Assembly (NCBI GenBank): GCA_963783575.1
Contig: CAWAOD010000016.1
Span: forward strand, 96,001-160,000
Length of the DNA: 64,000 nt
Reading direction: 5' to 3'
Source: an uncultured Spirochaetota bacterium
GTDB taxonomy: Bacteria > Spirochaetota > Brevinematia > Brevinematales > JAOACQ01
Both the position numbers and the translations under genes were made by a program. The notes beneath the pieces were generated by a model. It had not been told where the DNA came from. It made no database searches and saw only the letters and a list, made by a program, of their open reading frames with translations. This document shows, piece by piece, positions 28,872 to 39,429 of this stretch. The stretch's first letter is position 1, and each line of letters opens with the position of its first letter.

Positions 28872-30176
28872 ATGAATCTTATAAATAAAAAGAATTTTGC
28901 AATACTCTTAACCGGAACCATACTGGCGGTATTATTAACCGGGTGTACATCCCTGGAAAATCTAAAGAAAGCACAGGCTGATAACTATAACCTTCAGCAG
29001 CAGCTGAATGCGGAATCTGACCAGATCACCGATCTTCAGAGCAGGACAAGACAGCTTGAGCAGTCGCTTGCAGATAAACAATCGGAACTGGACAACAGTA
29101 CAAAAAAGCTCACCGACCAGTTTAATACTGTAAACGGCCGGCTTGCGGATATTACATCCGAGAGGGACAACCTTCTGAAATCGAACAAGGACCTGCAGAC
29201 TTCACTGTCGGCAAAAAGCGATGAACTCTCAAAAATGATAGCAAAGCTGAACGGGGATAACCAAATCTTACAAAGCCAGGTTATTCAGCTGAAAGCGGAC
29301 AATAAAAACGCTTCCGATAAGATAGATTCCCTTTTAAGCGATAATAATGCTTTGAAACAGCAGCTCGCCGACCAGCAGAAAAGCATAGACGACCTTAAAG
29401 CTACAGCCGACAGGGTATATAACCTGGAGAATTATAACAATGATTTGAAGCAGCAGCTTGACGCGCTCCAGGTCAGGTATAACAATGAACTTTCTATGTA
29501 CGGGGATTTATCCAACGCTAATAATGAACTGAACAAGGCTATCAGCTCGAAAAGCGAGGAATTATCTCAGACTATCGCAAAACTGACGAAGGAAAACGAA
29601 ACCCTTTCGGCGGAAAACGACGCCTTGAAGAAGACAGCCGACGAACAGCTTGCCGCGGCCGAGAGGGAAAAAGCGAGGGTTGAGGAAACATACAAGCAGG
29701 CTCAGGAACAGCTAAAGAATGAAATCGCCCGGGGCGAAATAGAAATTCAGAACATAAAATCGGTGCTTACGTTTAACATAGCCGAAAGAGTATTCTTTGA
29801 TTCGGGCGACGCTGCGATCAAAGCCCAGGGTAGGGATGTACTGAAAAAACTTGGGAACCTTGTAAATAAACTGCCTGAAAAGCTTGTCCGTGTCGAGGGG
29901 CATACGGATAATGTGCCGATAGGCGCGAATCTTCTTGGGAAATATCCCTCCAACTGGGAATTATCGGCTGCGAGGGCGATCAATGTTATCCGCTTCCTTC
30001 AGGATAGGACCGGTGTAGATCCGTTGAGGCTCGTACCTGTAGCGTATTCGGAATACCGTCCGATAGCTTCAAATGATAATCCGGAGGGGAGGTCGAAGAA
30101 CAGGCGTATTGAAATATTGTTGGTCGATAAAGAATACAATCAGTTAATCCAGAAAAAAGAATTAGCAGGTAACTGA
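28872..30176 (+). CDS. lipoprotein with long coiled coil and OmpA/MotB peptidoglycan-binding domain
   Basis: LLTGC lipobox; heptad region; VEGHTDNVP, SNWELSAARA, GRSKNRRIEI. Confidence 0.9.
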   Translation: MNLINKKNFAILLTGTILAVLLTGCTSLENLKKAQADNYNLQQQLNAESDQITDLQSRTRQLEQSLADKQSELDNSTKKLTDQFNTVNGRLADITSERDNLLKSNKDLQTSLSAKSDELSKMIAKLNGDNQILQSQVIQLKADNKNASDKIDSLLSDNNALKQQLADQQKSIDDLKATADRVYNLENYNNDLKQQLDALQVRYNNELSMYGDLSNANNELNKAISSKSEELSQTIAKLTKENETLSAENDALKKTADEQLAAAEREKARVEETYKQAQEQLKNEIARGEIEIQNIKSVLTFNIAERVFFDSGDAAIKAQGRDVLKKLGNLVNKLPEKLVRVEGHTDNVPIGANLLGKYPSNWELSAARAINVIRFLQDRTGVDPLRLVPVAYSEYRPIASNDNPEGRSKNRRIEILLVDKEYNQLIQKKELAGN

Positions 30177-30228
30177 TGATGAAGAAGTAAGCTTTATAAA
30201 TAGTATCCCCGATTAGTTAACAAGTATG

Positions 30229-30388
30229 TGGACATTCCTCCTTCATCCTGCACCGCTCAATTTGCGGTGCAGGATTTACTTAGGTAATTTTTGGCAAGTA
30301 AAAAATGAGTATAATACCCATATACTCCAACAGCTACATGGATTTTCCTCCTTCATCCTGCGCCGTCGAAAAATTGCGGCGCAGGATT
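30229..30388 (+). repeat. two ~50-bp units (CCTCCTT plus GC hairpin), period 110 bp; terminator or sRNA candidate
   Basis: TTCCTCCTTCATCCTGC(A/G)CCG...CGG(T/C)GCAGGATT with a compensatory base change. Confidence 0.7.
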
Positions 30389-30535
30389 GATTTGTTTTTA
30401 TTATTCTATATTAAGTTTATATCTAAAATTTCATTCAATATAAAATGATTGAATTGACCTATTACAAGATTTATTTGTTGTTTTTTTTGAGGTATTTTGC
30501 AGGATTCAGTATAATTATCTATCAGGGAGATTATC

Positions 30536-31444
30536 ATGATTTTGAAAGCCAACCTGTTTTTTTTAAGTATGTTGATCTTTCTGGGAGTATTATTTACATA
30601 CAGCTTTGTTTATAGCACAGTTTATACCGCAGGGCATGACGGCAGCGATGCCTGCTACTGGACCGGATCTGAAGAGACCAAGCTGCCGGGCGGAGTCGGC
30701 AAATATGCTAGCGCAAAATCAATCTTTGTATATAACGGTACTGTTTACACAGCCGGGTATGACAGCAGCGGCCATGCCTGCTACTGGACGGAAACAAACA
30801 TTACAATATTACCGGGAGGCTGGGGGGCAAATTCAATATTTGTATATAACGGAAAGGTCTATACTACAGGATATGACATTAACCGCAACGTTTTTTACTG
30901 GAAAGGGACAAATAAGATAATTTTACCGGGAGAAAAGGGCGAGGCATATTCAATTTTTGTAAACAACGGCATTGTCTATATCGCCGGGATTACCATAACA
31001 ACGAATGAAAAAGACGATATTTACGACGCCTGCTACTGGACTGGAACGAACAAAACAATATTACCGGACGGCTTTTTAGCTGATTCTATCTTTGTTAACA
31101 ACGACACTGTTTACACTGCCGGGTTGGACACCGGCAGCAACGCCTGCTACTGGTCCGGAACGAATATAACAATATTACCGGACGGCTTTTTTGCAAACTC
31201 TATTTTTGTTTATGACGGCACCGTATATACTGCCGGGTTGGACACCGGCAGCAACGCCTGCTACTGGGCTGAGACAAACATAACAATATTACCGGGCGGG
31301 CGGGAAATAAAATCAATGTTTGTAAATAACGGGACTGTGTATACAGTCGGGGATGACGGCAGCGCAGCCTGCTACTGGACAGGAACAAATAAAACAAAAT
31401 TATCCGATGGCTTTTTTGCGAACTCAATTTTTGTGACGCCTTAA
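30536..31444 (+). CDS. exported beta-propeller-like repeat protein
   Basis: Signal peptide and about seven ~39-aa repeats VYTAG-x-ACYW-xGTNxTILP-xG-xSIFV; 117-bp periodicity in the DNA. Confidence 0.8.
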   Translation: MILKANLFFLSMLIFLGVLFTYSFVYSTVYTAGHDGSDACYWTGSEETKLPGGVGKYASAKSIFVYNGTVYTAGYDSSGHACYWTETNITILPGGWGANSIFVYNGKVYTTGYDINRNVFYWKGTNKIILPGEKGEAYSIFVNNGIVYIAGITITTNEKDDIYDACYWTGTNKTILPDGFLADSIFVNNDTVYTAGLDTGSNACYWSGTNITILPDGFFANSIFVYDGTVYTAGLDTGSNACYWAETNITILPGGREIKSMFVNNGTVYTVGDDGSAACYWTGTNKTKLSDGFFANSIFVTP

Positions 31445-31550
31445 TGATAAGATTAGCCAAAGCTCCATCCCAATCACCGGGCGGTTTTTTTCAAACACGA
31501 AAGTATATAAATCACAAGTTTAATTATAAAATTATTTTTTAAATTAAAAA

Positions 31551-32897
31551 TCATAATCTGACCCTTTCTTTAGTTAATCCCATTTTTGCATCTTTTTGAA
31601 AATACAGGATAAGATAACCAGTAATAGCAGAAATTACCGAACCCAGCAGAATGCTTGCTTTAGCAATGGTAAGCAGGTTTTCTTCATGGAAAGATAATTC
31701 GGCTATAAATATCGACATTGTGAACCCTATCCCGGCGAGCCACCCAGCTCCGTAAACCTTGATCCAGTTTGTTTTTTCAGGCATCGCAGATAATTTCAAT
31801 TTAACTGAAAGGAATGAAAAAATAAAAACTCCAGTTGATTTGCCGATCATAAGGCCAAGAATTATACCAAGAGCCAGCGGGCTTAATAAATCAAGGATAT
31901 GGATGTTCTGAAGCGATATTCCGGAATTTACAAAAGCGAAAAGAGGTACAATCGCTAAATTCACATATCTCTTTAAAGTCCTTTCATAGCGCTGAAGAGG
32001 GGGTTCAACTCTTTTAAGAATCATATCCATTTCACTGAAGGTTGATTTAGATTCGTCATTGACGGTCTCAAAATGTTTTTCCCCATTAATAAAGCTGGAA
32101 TCTATGAGGTTGATTTGCTGAAGCATCTTTTCCCTGAAAATACCGAAATTTATTTTTGTATCCGAAGGAATGAGAAACGCCATTGCCACTCCGGATATTG
32201 TGGGATTTATGCCGGTTTTCATAAAAAGCAGCCATAATATTATACCGGCCGCGAAATATATGAAACCGGTTTGGATTTTTATTTTGTTAAGTATAATGAC
32301 TGCGGCAATAATAAGTGTTATAATCAAAATATAGAAAAGAGAAAGTGTTGTTGAATAAAACATCGCTATTACAATCAGAGCGCCGATATCATCGATGATA
32401 GCCAGGGCTGTTATCGAGACCTTCAGGGCTTTCGAGACTTTATTTCCCAGTAAAATCATTACCCCAAGCGTAAAAGCGATATCCGTTGACATGGGAATCC
32501 CCCGGCCATGGATGGTTGCCCTGTTTTGATTAAACAAGATAAAAATAACAATCGGCAGGATCATCCCGCCAAGCGCGGCTATGGATGGAAATGCCGCCTT
32601 CTTAATATTTGAAAGTTCTCCGGCTATTATTTCCCTTTTGATCTCGAATCCGATTACAAGGAAGAACAAAGTCATTATTCCTTCGTTCATCCATAACTGT
32701 AGTGTTTTCGACAATGAAAATACGCCGATAGTTATTGTGAACTTAATATTTAATAAATCTTTATAAACTCCTGCCAGGCTTGAATTGGCAATAATAAATG
32801 CCGTAATTATACCGGCCAGGATAAGTATTCCGCTTAAAAGCTGCTTTTCAAGAAAGCTTTCGATTGAAAAATATTTGCTAATGTTGATCGGTTTCAC
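31551..32897 (-). CDS. nhaA: Na+/H+ antiporter NhaA
   Basis: FFLVIGFEIKRE, AALGGM, STDIAF, LAIIDD, GIGFTMSIFI. Confidence 0.93.
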   Translation of the reverse strand: MKPINISKYFSIESFLEKQLLSGILILAGIITAFIIANSSLAGVYKDLLNIKFTITIGVFSLSKTLQLWMNEGIMTLFFLVIGFEIKREIIAGELSNIKKAAFPSIAALGGMILPIVIFILFNQNRATIHGRGIPMSTDIAFTLGVMILLGNKVSKALKVSITALAIIDDIGALIVIAMFYSTTLSLFYILIITLIIAAVIILNKIKIQTGFIYFAAGIILWLLFMKTGINPTISGVAMAFLIPSDTKINFGIFREKMLQQINLIDSSFINGEKHFETVNDESKSTFSEMDMILKRVEPPLQRYERTLKRYVNLAIVPLFAFVNSGISLQNIHILDLLSPLALGIILGLMIGKSTGVFIFSFLSVKLKLSAMPEKTNWIKVYGAGWLAGIGFTMSIFIAELSFHEENLLTIAKASILLGSVISAITGYLILYFQKDAKMGLTKERVRL

Positions 32898-33110
32898 TTT
32901 ATGTCTCCGGATTTCATAAAATCACAGTAAAAATATGGTTAATTTTAATAATTGCCTTAAATTAAGTCAAATCCACTAATTGGCTTGTACTTAAACTGAC
33001 TTCTTTATTCTATTTTTCCTGAAGATGCTATCCCTGAAGTACTGTAAAGAAATAAGCGGTGAACTTGATAACCTTCCCAAAATCATCGCACTGAGCCTGC
33101 CCTGAACCTG

Positions 33111-33125
33111 CAGACTGTGTGAAAA
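33111..33125 (+). mobile_element. solo IS end identical to the IR of the IS at 17181
   Basis: CAGACTGTGTGAAAA with no partner IR or transposase nearby. Confidence 0.55.
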
Positions 33126-33290
33126 GTATATTATTTGTCATTTCGAGCGGAGACGAGGCAAGACCTGAATAGATCAACAGTAATCATATTTGACATTTAT
33201 TCAACCGTAAAATATTATAGTATAAAAAGACAGGGGGACATTATGATTGATAACGACTCCATACCAAATGCCCATTACAGGAGGAAAGAA

Positions 33291-33461
33291 ATGAGAGACA
33301 ACGGTTTTTTAGGCGGTATTTACGGAATGGCTTTTATCGGGGCGGCGATCTATTACTTCCAGCATGCCGCTACATTCTGGATAGGTGTTCTGGGTTTTTT
33401 CAAAGCCCTTTTCTGGCCGGCCATAATAATCCATAAAGTCCTGCAAATGCTTAATATGTAA
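33291..33461 (+). CDS. 56-aa membrane protein
   Basis: AGGAGG RBS; GGIYGMAFIGAAIYYFQHAATFWIGVLGFFKALFWP. Confidence 0.75.
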   Translation: MRDNGFLGGIYGMAFIGAAIYYFQHAATFWIGVLGFFKALFWPAIIIHKVLQMLNM

Positions 33462-33523
33462 TTCTTGGTATTTCAATAACCTTCAGCCTGTATCAGTGAG
33501 GCGGCAGTCAAAGGAGCATTAAT

Positions 33524-33922
33524 ATGACTGTGAAATTTGCTAACACAATCGTATTTGTAAAAGATATTGAGAAGTCTAAAAATTTTTATACCGAGATCTT
33601 GGGTTTAAAAATTGTTAATGATTATGGTACTGTAATAATGTTTGAAGATCATTTTGTTATACATAATTCAAAAAGTATCATAAAAACTGTTTTTAAGACA
33701 TTTAATTTACGGTCCATATTCAAACAGGGTAAAAAAAATATCCTTATATATTTTGAGAGTATTCAATTAAATGAAATATTTGAAAAAGTAAAAAAATCAA
33801 AAGTAAAAATTATTCATAAAATAGAAAAACAGGCCTGGGGACAGCAAGTATTCCGTTTTTTCGATCCTGATAATCATTTGGTTGAAATCGGTGAACCGTT
33901 TAGATTAGATGGCTTATTATAA
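33524..33922 (+). CDS. VOC/glyoxalase family protein
   Basis: VKDIEKSKNFYTEILG, WGQQVFRFFDPDNHLVEIGE. Confidence 0.9.
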   Translation: MTVKFANTIVFVKDIEKSKNFYTEILGLKIVNDYGTVIMFEDHFVIHNSKSIIKTVFKTFNLRSIFKQGKKNILIYFESIQLNEIFEKVKKSKVKIIHKIEKQAWGQQVFRFFDPDNHLVEIGEPFRLDGLL

Positions 33923-33926
33923 GGGT

Positions 33927-35042
33927 TTAATCCTTAACTATTCCTGCTATTATACCGGCAATTTGATCCGCACAATCCGGGTTCCTGAAATTAAGCTGGT
34001 TCTCCCTTATTTTATTAAGTGATTTATTTTTGTCGGCAAGCAGATTTTCGACAGCTTTTTTCATTTTCCCAATACTGGGGCAAAATATCCCAAGGCTTCT
34101 GCGCACCATAAAATCAGGGTTTTTTTCTTCCTGGCCGGGAAGAGCTCCTGTGATAATTACCGGTATGCCGGAGCTTACAGCTTCCATCAAAGTATTAGGG
34201 CCTCCGCGGGCTATCAGGATATCATGGCTTGAAAAATAAATTTCCATTTCTTTAATATAACCAAGAATAGTTAATTTATCTTCATTCCCGGGAAGAAGCC
34301 GAATATCCAGTCTATTTTTCATTTTCTCATTTCTTCCGGTTATGATTGTAAGGCGGCAATCAAAATTCTTTAAGAGCATCTGCGCCATCCTTATTACTTT
34401 TTCAATACGTTCGGAACCGTTAATGAATAGAATGGAAATAGTTTTACCGCTTCTGCCTTTTGAATCGACTTTTGATTGCAGATTATTGAAGAATCTTTTT
34501 CTGACAGGGAACCCGATTACACGGATTTTATCGGAAAGTACCCCGAATTTTTTCATCAGGTCAGAGGCTTCTTCGTTGGGGCATATGGTAAGTATAGAGC
34601 GGGGATCGGCCCATAAACGCGAAAAACTGACAAGATCGGCAAGAACGGTTATAAAAGGAATATTAATATTGTTTTTTTCAAGGATATCAAGGATTGATCC
34701 CACAAAGACAGGATGGATGGTTATTATCGCCGAAGGCTTGAATTTTTCAATTATTTTTAGAAAATTGTTCCCCATTTTTTTTATTGTAATTTTGTTAGCA
34801 TAATCTTTGAACCTGCTTGAAAATTCATAGATTATTTTATAGAGAAAGGGAATATAAGTGATCATAAAGTTATAGTTTCTTTCCAGGAATGTGCCGAAGG
34901 CTTCCCCTAATGAAAAACCGTTCACAACTTCAATATTAATTGATCCCTTGTATTTTTCAAAAGCTCCGCACAACGCCTCACAAATGCTTTTATGCCCATG
35001 GCCTGTGAATTCGGAAGATATGATCAGTATATTCTTTTCCAT
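33927..35042 (-). CDS. MGDG synthase/UgtP-like glycosyltransferase (GT28)
   Basis: TGHGH, TIHP, GFPVR, RGGPNT..EA, PGQEEKN. Confidence 0.88.
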   Translation of the reverse strand: MEKNILIISSEFTGHGHKSICEALCGAFEKYKGSINIEVVNGFSLGEAFGTFLERNYNFMITYIPFLYKIIYEFSSRFKDYANKITIKKMGNNFLKIIEKFKPSAIITIHPVFVGSILDILEKNNINIPFITVLADLVSFSRLWADPRSILTICPNEEASDLMKKFGVLSDKIRVIGFPVRKRFFNNLQSKVDSKGRSGKTISILFINGSERIEKVIRMAQMLLKNFDCRLTIITGRNEKMKNRLDIRLLPGNEDKLTILGYIKEMEIYFSSHDILIARGGPNTLMEAVSSGIPVIITGALPGQEEKNPDFMVRRSLGIFCPSIGKMKKAVENLLADKNKSLNKIRENQLNFRNPDCADQIAGIIAGIVKD

Positions 35043-35051
35043 TTTATCATC

Positions 35052-36038
35052 CTATAAAATCCGGGCTACAATTATCCCGGTATAATGTTTGTTTACGGAA
35101 ATAATATCAGTCAGTACCGCTTTACTGATTTCAACACGTCTGCCTATTGCGGGAGCATGCAGCAGATGAAGCCGGCCTTCCTGATCTCTAACCGCAATAC
35201 CGGTATGGCTTATATCCAGCCCTTCAATGTCTGTTGTAATTGCGATTATATCTCCGTCAAGAATTTTATTTTCGATCAGGTTAATTTTATCTTTTTTTAT
35301 ATATCCAGGGGGAGAAGTATCCTGCCTGCTTGCAATTGCCGATTCAACACCCCGAATTCCGGCGAGCCATTCCGGATTATCCCTTAACTGGCTGTAACTA
35401 TTTGAATTAGCCGACATATAAAAAATATTTTTATCGTATGTTTCACCGCCAAAATTAAATGACATATTTTTTAATATTTTTTTATTTTCACCGTCATAAA
35501 TCCAATCGGTGAAATAATGAAGCCGTGAAGGATAATCCTCTAAAATGCCGTTTCTGTACCGTATCAGCCTCAATTCTCCGATAAAATCTTCAAGCGCCGT
35601 CCTGTTCGATTTGATGCATCGCGTAAAAGCCAGGGAATATTCCACAAAAGTAACACAGTCCATTCCCGTCAAATGAAAGACAATCATCTCTCGTTTAGGC
35701 ATTTCGAGTGTGCCTGCCTCATATTTTGTGCCTATAAAGCCTTTACATATCTCGGTAAATATTTCGTTAACCGGCTTTGATATCAAGCTGTTCTTTAAAG
35801 CGTAATCCATGGTATTATAAAAAATCTCAATGTCTTCAGCCCCTGTTATGACAACTTCCTCGGATACAGGCTCTTTGATCCCAGCTTCATTAATTAAATT
35901 ACGAGCAAAGGCTTTTCCGGCACTTTCTCCTTTAATAATTCCTTTACCGGCGCAGGAAGCCAATAATAAACAACTTATTATCAATATAACTTTTGTAATT
36001 TTTTCCGGTAATAAATTAATTCTCATTAAATATATCAC
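35052..36038 (-). CDS. DUF1460 amidase-like lipoprotein (NlpC/P60 superfamily)
   Basis: LLASC lipobox; MDCVTFVE, RYRNG, SRLHYFTDW, GDIIAI, GLDISHTG, LLHA. Confidence 0.85.
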   Translation of the reverse strand: MIYLMRINLLPEKITKVILIISCLLLASCAGKGIIKGESAGKAFARNLINEAGIKEPVSEEVVITGAEDIEIFYNTMDYALKNSLISKPVNEIFTEICKGFIGTKYEAGTLEMPKREMIVFHLTGMDCVTFVEYSLAFTRCIKSNRTALEDFIGELRLIRYRNGILEDYPSRLHYFTDWIYDGENKKILKNMSFNFGGETYDKNIFYMSANSNSYSQLRDNPEWLAGIRGVESAIASRQDTSPPGYIKKDKINLIENKILDGDIIAITTDIEGLDISHTGIAVRDQEGRLHLLHAPAIGRRVEISKAVLTDIISVNKHYTGIIVARIL

Positions 36039-36748
36039 AAACCAATTTTTCTCACTATATAATCGATATTTGTTTTATTGCTGATTTTTTTATTCAAAAT
36101 TTCAAATTTACTCCTTTTCAGCATTTCATCCAATATCCAGTCAAAAGTTGAAAATTCCTCTTTTATATGGAGAACGGCATCCTTTGCGAATTCTTTGTCA
36201 GTTTTCATTTCCAGGTCTCTGATCATATAATCCAATTCCGATTCATAATCATCGATATTAAAGGAAAATACAACATCGGATAAAAATAAAATACCGCCTT
36301 CTTTCAGGATTGAATTCATGTTTCTGAATGCCGCCATTTTCCAAAAATCAGGAAGATGATGTAACGCTGCAATAGAGATAATAAAATCAGCCGGGTCTCC
36401 TTTATGCCGGTAAGTCAAATAACCCGCATTTATAAACTCAATATTGTCAAGTCGGCTTAATAGCGCTTTTTGTTCTGCTATTTTAAGCATTTCTTTAGAA
36501 ACATCCACAGCATATAGTTTTTTACAAATCCCGGCGATCGTAATTGCCTGAGCTCCTGTGCCTGTACCTATATCGACAACAGTATGATCACCATTAATAC
36601 CCAGCAATTGTATGATTTCCTGCGCTTCTTTTTCATAATTTCTGAAAAACCTCATCTTTTCATCGTAAGCTTTTGCCCGAACAGGATCTGCATGATCGGC
36701 GCCGGCCTGGTACATTTCATCGTACTGCCAGATTGGATTTTTTTTCAA
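36035..36748 (-). CDS. class I SAM-dependent methyltransferase
   Basis: VDIGTGTG, AVDVSKEML, ALHHLPD. Confidence 0.9.
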   Translation of the reverse strand: MKKNPIWQYDEMYQAGADHADPVRAKAYDEKMRFFRNYEKEAQEIIQLLGINGDHTVVDIGTGTGAQAITIAGICKKLYAVDVSKEMLKIAEQKALLSRLDNIEFINAGYLTYRHKGDPADFIISIAALHHLPDFWKMAAFRNMNSILKEGGILFLSDVVFSFNIDDYESELDYMIRDLEMKTDKEFAKDAVLHIKEEFSTFDWILDEMLKRSKFEILNKKISNKTNIDYIVRKIGL

Positions 36749-36789
36749 GAATACCTCCGAAAAAACCGCAATTTGGTTAAGCGAAAAGA

Positions 36790-37926
36790 TTATTCTATCA
36801 TATCGAAGCCGTCCAACTCCTCCTTTTCCTTGTTAAAAACCTTAACGCTTACCTTTTTCCCCGTTACTTCTATAATTAAAAAGTTCAGCTGATTTGTGAT
36901 TATCTTTATCCTGCCCTCGTTTTCACCGGTAATTGGGTAGAACGGAGCCCCGCCGCCCCCGGTTGTAATATACATCACATTATTTTTTTCGTACCTTTCA
37001 TAAAGATGGTCATGACCGTTCAGCACAAGGTTTACATGATATTTCTGCATTGCCGGAGCTATGGTATTCCTCAGCTTATCCGCATCGTTATCGGATTGGT
37101 GCACAGAAGAAGAAAACGGCGGACGGTGAAATGCAACGAATTTCCATTTATCCTGTACACCAGCAAGTTCGTTTGTCAGCCATAAATATTGTTCGGAATT
37201 ATTGTCAAAATCAGATTCCGTATCAAGAACTATCAGCTTTGCTTCCGGAAAATCAATGGAATAATATGATTTATTTCCCGGGTTCCTGAAGATATTGGTA
37301 AATACTTCCAGCCCTCCGTCATGATTTCCGCGTACTGGAACTATAACAGCATTTGTGATAATTGACTCTGCACTTTTAAAAAAAAGCGGCCATTGTTCCA
37401 GTTTGTTCCCGTCGTCAACCATATCGCCTGTATGAATAACAAATAATGGCCGGAATCCGGCTATAGAGTTACAGACTTCCTCATGCAGGCCATAATTGCT
37501 TCTTGAATCGCCATAGACAGCAAAAAGAAAAGGAGTATTTTCAGGGATTAAAATTCCTCCGTATTTTCCATTAAAGTGAGGATCTTCAGATTCAATACGG
37601 TAATCAGACCTGCCGCCTCGCGGATTATAAATAAAACGATGGCAATTCACCGGCTCGCTGTCTGAGATTATGAGATTTGTCTTTTCAAGGTAAATACCGG
37701 CCCTGTCCGATTGTTTATTACTTGAGAAATATGTAAGCGTTATTTGCTTTAAACCGCTGTCGGAATAACAGAGATAAGGTCCGAATGACGGATATATAAT
37801 CTTTTTTTCACTATTATCTGTCTTTAGTATGGAAATTTCAGGTTTAATTGAAGACTGTTTTTGGCTATTGCAGGAAAATAATGACAATGATAAAATTAAT
37901 ATAATGGATATGCTTAATTTTTCCAC
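36790..37926 (-). CDS. metallophosphoesterase (purple-acid-phosphatase-like) lipoprotein
   Basis: LFSC lipobox; YGDSR, HTGDMV, GNHD, FHRP, GHDHLYER, TGGGG. Confidence 0.9.
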   Translation of the reverse strand: MEKLSISIILILSLSLFSCNSQKQSSIKPEISILKTDNSEKKIIYPSFGPYLCYSDSGLKQITLTYFSSNKQSDRAGIYLEKTNLIISDSEPVNCHRFIYNPRGGRSDYRIESEDPHFNGKYGGILIPENTPFLFAVYGDSRSNYGLHEEVCNSIAGFRPLFVIHTGDMVDDGNKLEQWPLFFKSAESIITNAVIVPVRGNHDGGLEVFTNIFRNPGNKSYYSIDFPEAKLIVLDTESDFDNNSEQYLWLTNELAGVQDKWKFVAFHRPPFSSSVHQSDNDADKLRNTIAPAMQKYHVNLVLNGHDHLYERYEKNNVMYITTGGGGAPFYPITGENEGRIKIITNQLNFLIIEVTGKKVSVKVFNKEKEELDGFDMIE

Positions 37927-37935
37927 TTCGTACTA

Positions 37936-39216
37936 TCACTCCCCAATAAATTTCAGGCCTTTCTTACCGATATCCTTCCGGAAATGCGCGCCTTCAAATT
38001 TAATTTCCCTTACTTTCAGATAAGCACTATCGATGGATTCTCTTAATGTTTTACCGATAGCAGAAACACAGAGAATCCTGCCGCCGTCAGTAACAAGCAA
38101 ACCGTCTTTCGAAAGCCTTGTGCCGGCATGAAACACATATAAACCATTCTCATCAGATAATTTTCCCGTCACTTCAAAGCCTTTTTTATACCGGTCCGGA
38201 TATCCGTTTGACGCCATCACAACTCCGGTGCAGCAGCCGTTATAGTATTTTATATTCAATTGATCTATTTTTTTATTTATAACTGCCTTTACGATATCCA
38301 TAAAATCGGTTTTCAGGAGCGGGAGTATTACCTGGGCTTCCGGGTCGCCAAGCCTTATATTGTATTCTATTACGGACGGGCCTTTTGTTGTAAGCATTAA
38401 TCCCAGGTAAAGAATTCCCGAATAAGGACATCCTTCATTCCGCATTCCATTAAGCGTCGGTTTTATTATTCTCTCAATAATTTCATTTTTTATCTTTTTA
38501 TCAATAAAAGGAGCCGGAGAATATGCCCCCATGCCTCCTGTATTCGGCCCTTCATCATTGTTAAATACTCTTTTATGATCCTGGGCGCTGGCCAGCCACT
38601 GAAAATTATCGCCATCGGAAGCTATGAAAACGCTAACTTCTGTGCCTTTTAGTATTTCTTCCAGTATAACGGTTTCACCGGCATTTCCGAATTCTTTATC
38701 GACCATTAACCGGTGAATTGAATTTATTGTACTTTCAACGTCCTTATTTACAATAGCGCCCTTTCCTGCCGCAAGACCGTCAGTTTTGACTACAAACGGC
38801 TTATTTTCATTCATTACATAATTAACTGCCTCAACAGCATTTTTAAATATCTTAAAATCTGCAGTGGGAATTTTGTATTTTGCCAGAAATTTTTTCAGGA
38901 ACGCTTTGCTTCCTTCAAGCCGGGCTGCTTTTTGAGATGGACCGAAAACCGTAATACCTTTTGCGCTCAATGTATCTGTTACACCATCGACAAGCGGTGA
39001 CTCCGGACCCGCTATCACAAGATTGATCCCGGATGTTAAGCAGAATTCGGTAAGCTCCGAAAATGGCTTACTAATGTTTATCTCTGAATTTATGCCATAT
39101 TTGCCTGTACCGCCGTTCCCCGGTAAGATATAGAGTTTTTTGATTAACGGGCTTTTTGAAACGGCCCATGCAATCGCGCTTTCTCTTCCCCCGTTTCCTA
39201 GAATAGCCACATTCAT
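37936..39216 (-). CDS. purD: phosphoribosylamine--glycine ligase
   Basis: GNGGRE, PGNGG, LEGSKAF, DGLAAGKG, QDHKR, GPNTGGMGAY, EYNIRLGDPE. Confidence 0.97.
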   Translation of the reverse strand: MNVAILGNGGRESAIAWAVSKSPLIKKLYILPGNGGTGKYGINSEINISKPFSELTEFCLTSGINLVIAGPESPLVDGVTDTLSAKGITVFGPSQKAARLEGSKAFLKKFLAKYKIPTADFKIFKNAVEAVNYVMNENKPFVVKTDGLAAGKGAIVNKDVESTINSIHRLMVDKEFGNAGETVILEEILKGTEVSVFIASDGDNFQWLASAQDHKRVFNNDEGPNTGGMGAYSPAPFIDKKIKNEIIERIIKPTLNGMRNEGCPYSGILYLGLMLTTKGPSVIEYNIRLGDPEAQVILPLLKTDFMDIVKAVINKKIDQLNIKYYNGCCTGVVMASNGYPDRYKKGFEVTGKLSDENGLYVFHAGTRLSKDGLLVTDGGRILCVSAIGKTLRESIDSAYLKVREIKFEGAHFRKDIGKKGLKFIGE

Positions 39217-39374
39217 ATTCCGGCTCCTAATCCATTATAATTTACTTGCATTAATGATTATTATAAGCTTATTGAATAAAACTTTCAATATAATATTATT
39301 CTAATTTGGCTTCCGGGAATAGGAGACTTGGCCTCATTATCACACACCCGAGGGAATTCGCCTTGCGAACCAAT

Positions 39375-39408
39375 AAAAAACCCGATAGATTATTTTCTAT
39401 CAGGTTTT
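39375..39408 (-). terminator. intrinsic terminator
   Basis: AAAACCTGATAGA-loop-TCTATCGGGTTTTTT downstream of 39430-40491. Confidence 0.65.
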
Positions 39409-39429
39409 ATTTTTCACAAACAATTATTA

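Noticed and set aside
28872..30176. Flagellar motB call
   Set aside because: Lipobox and long coiled coil instead of the MotB TM segment with its conserved Asp; no adjacent motA.
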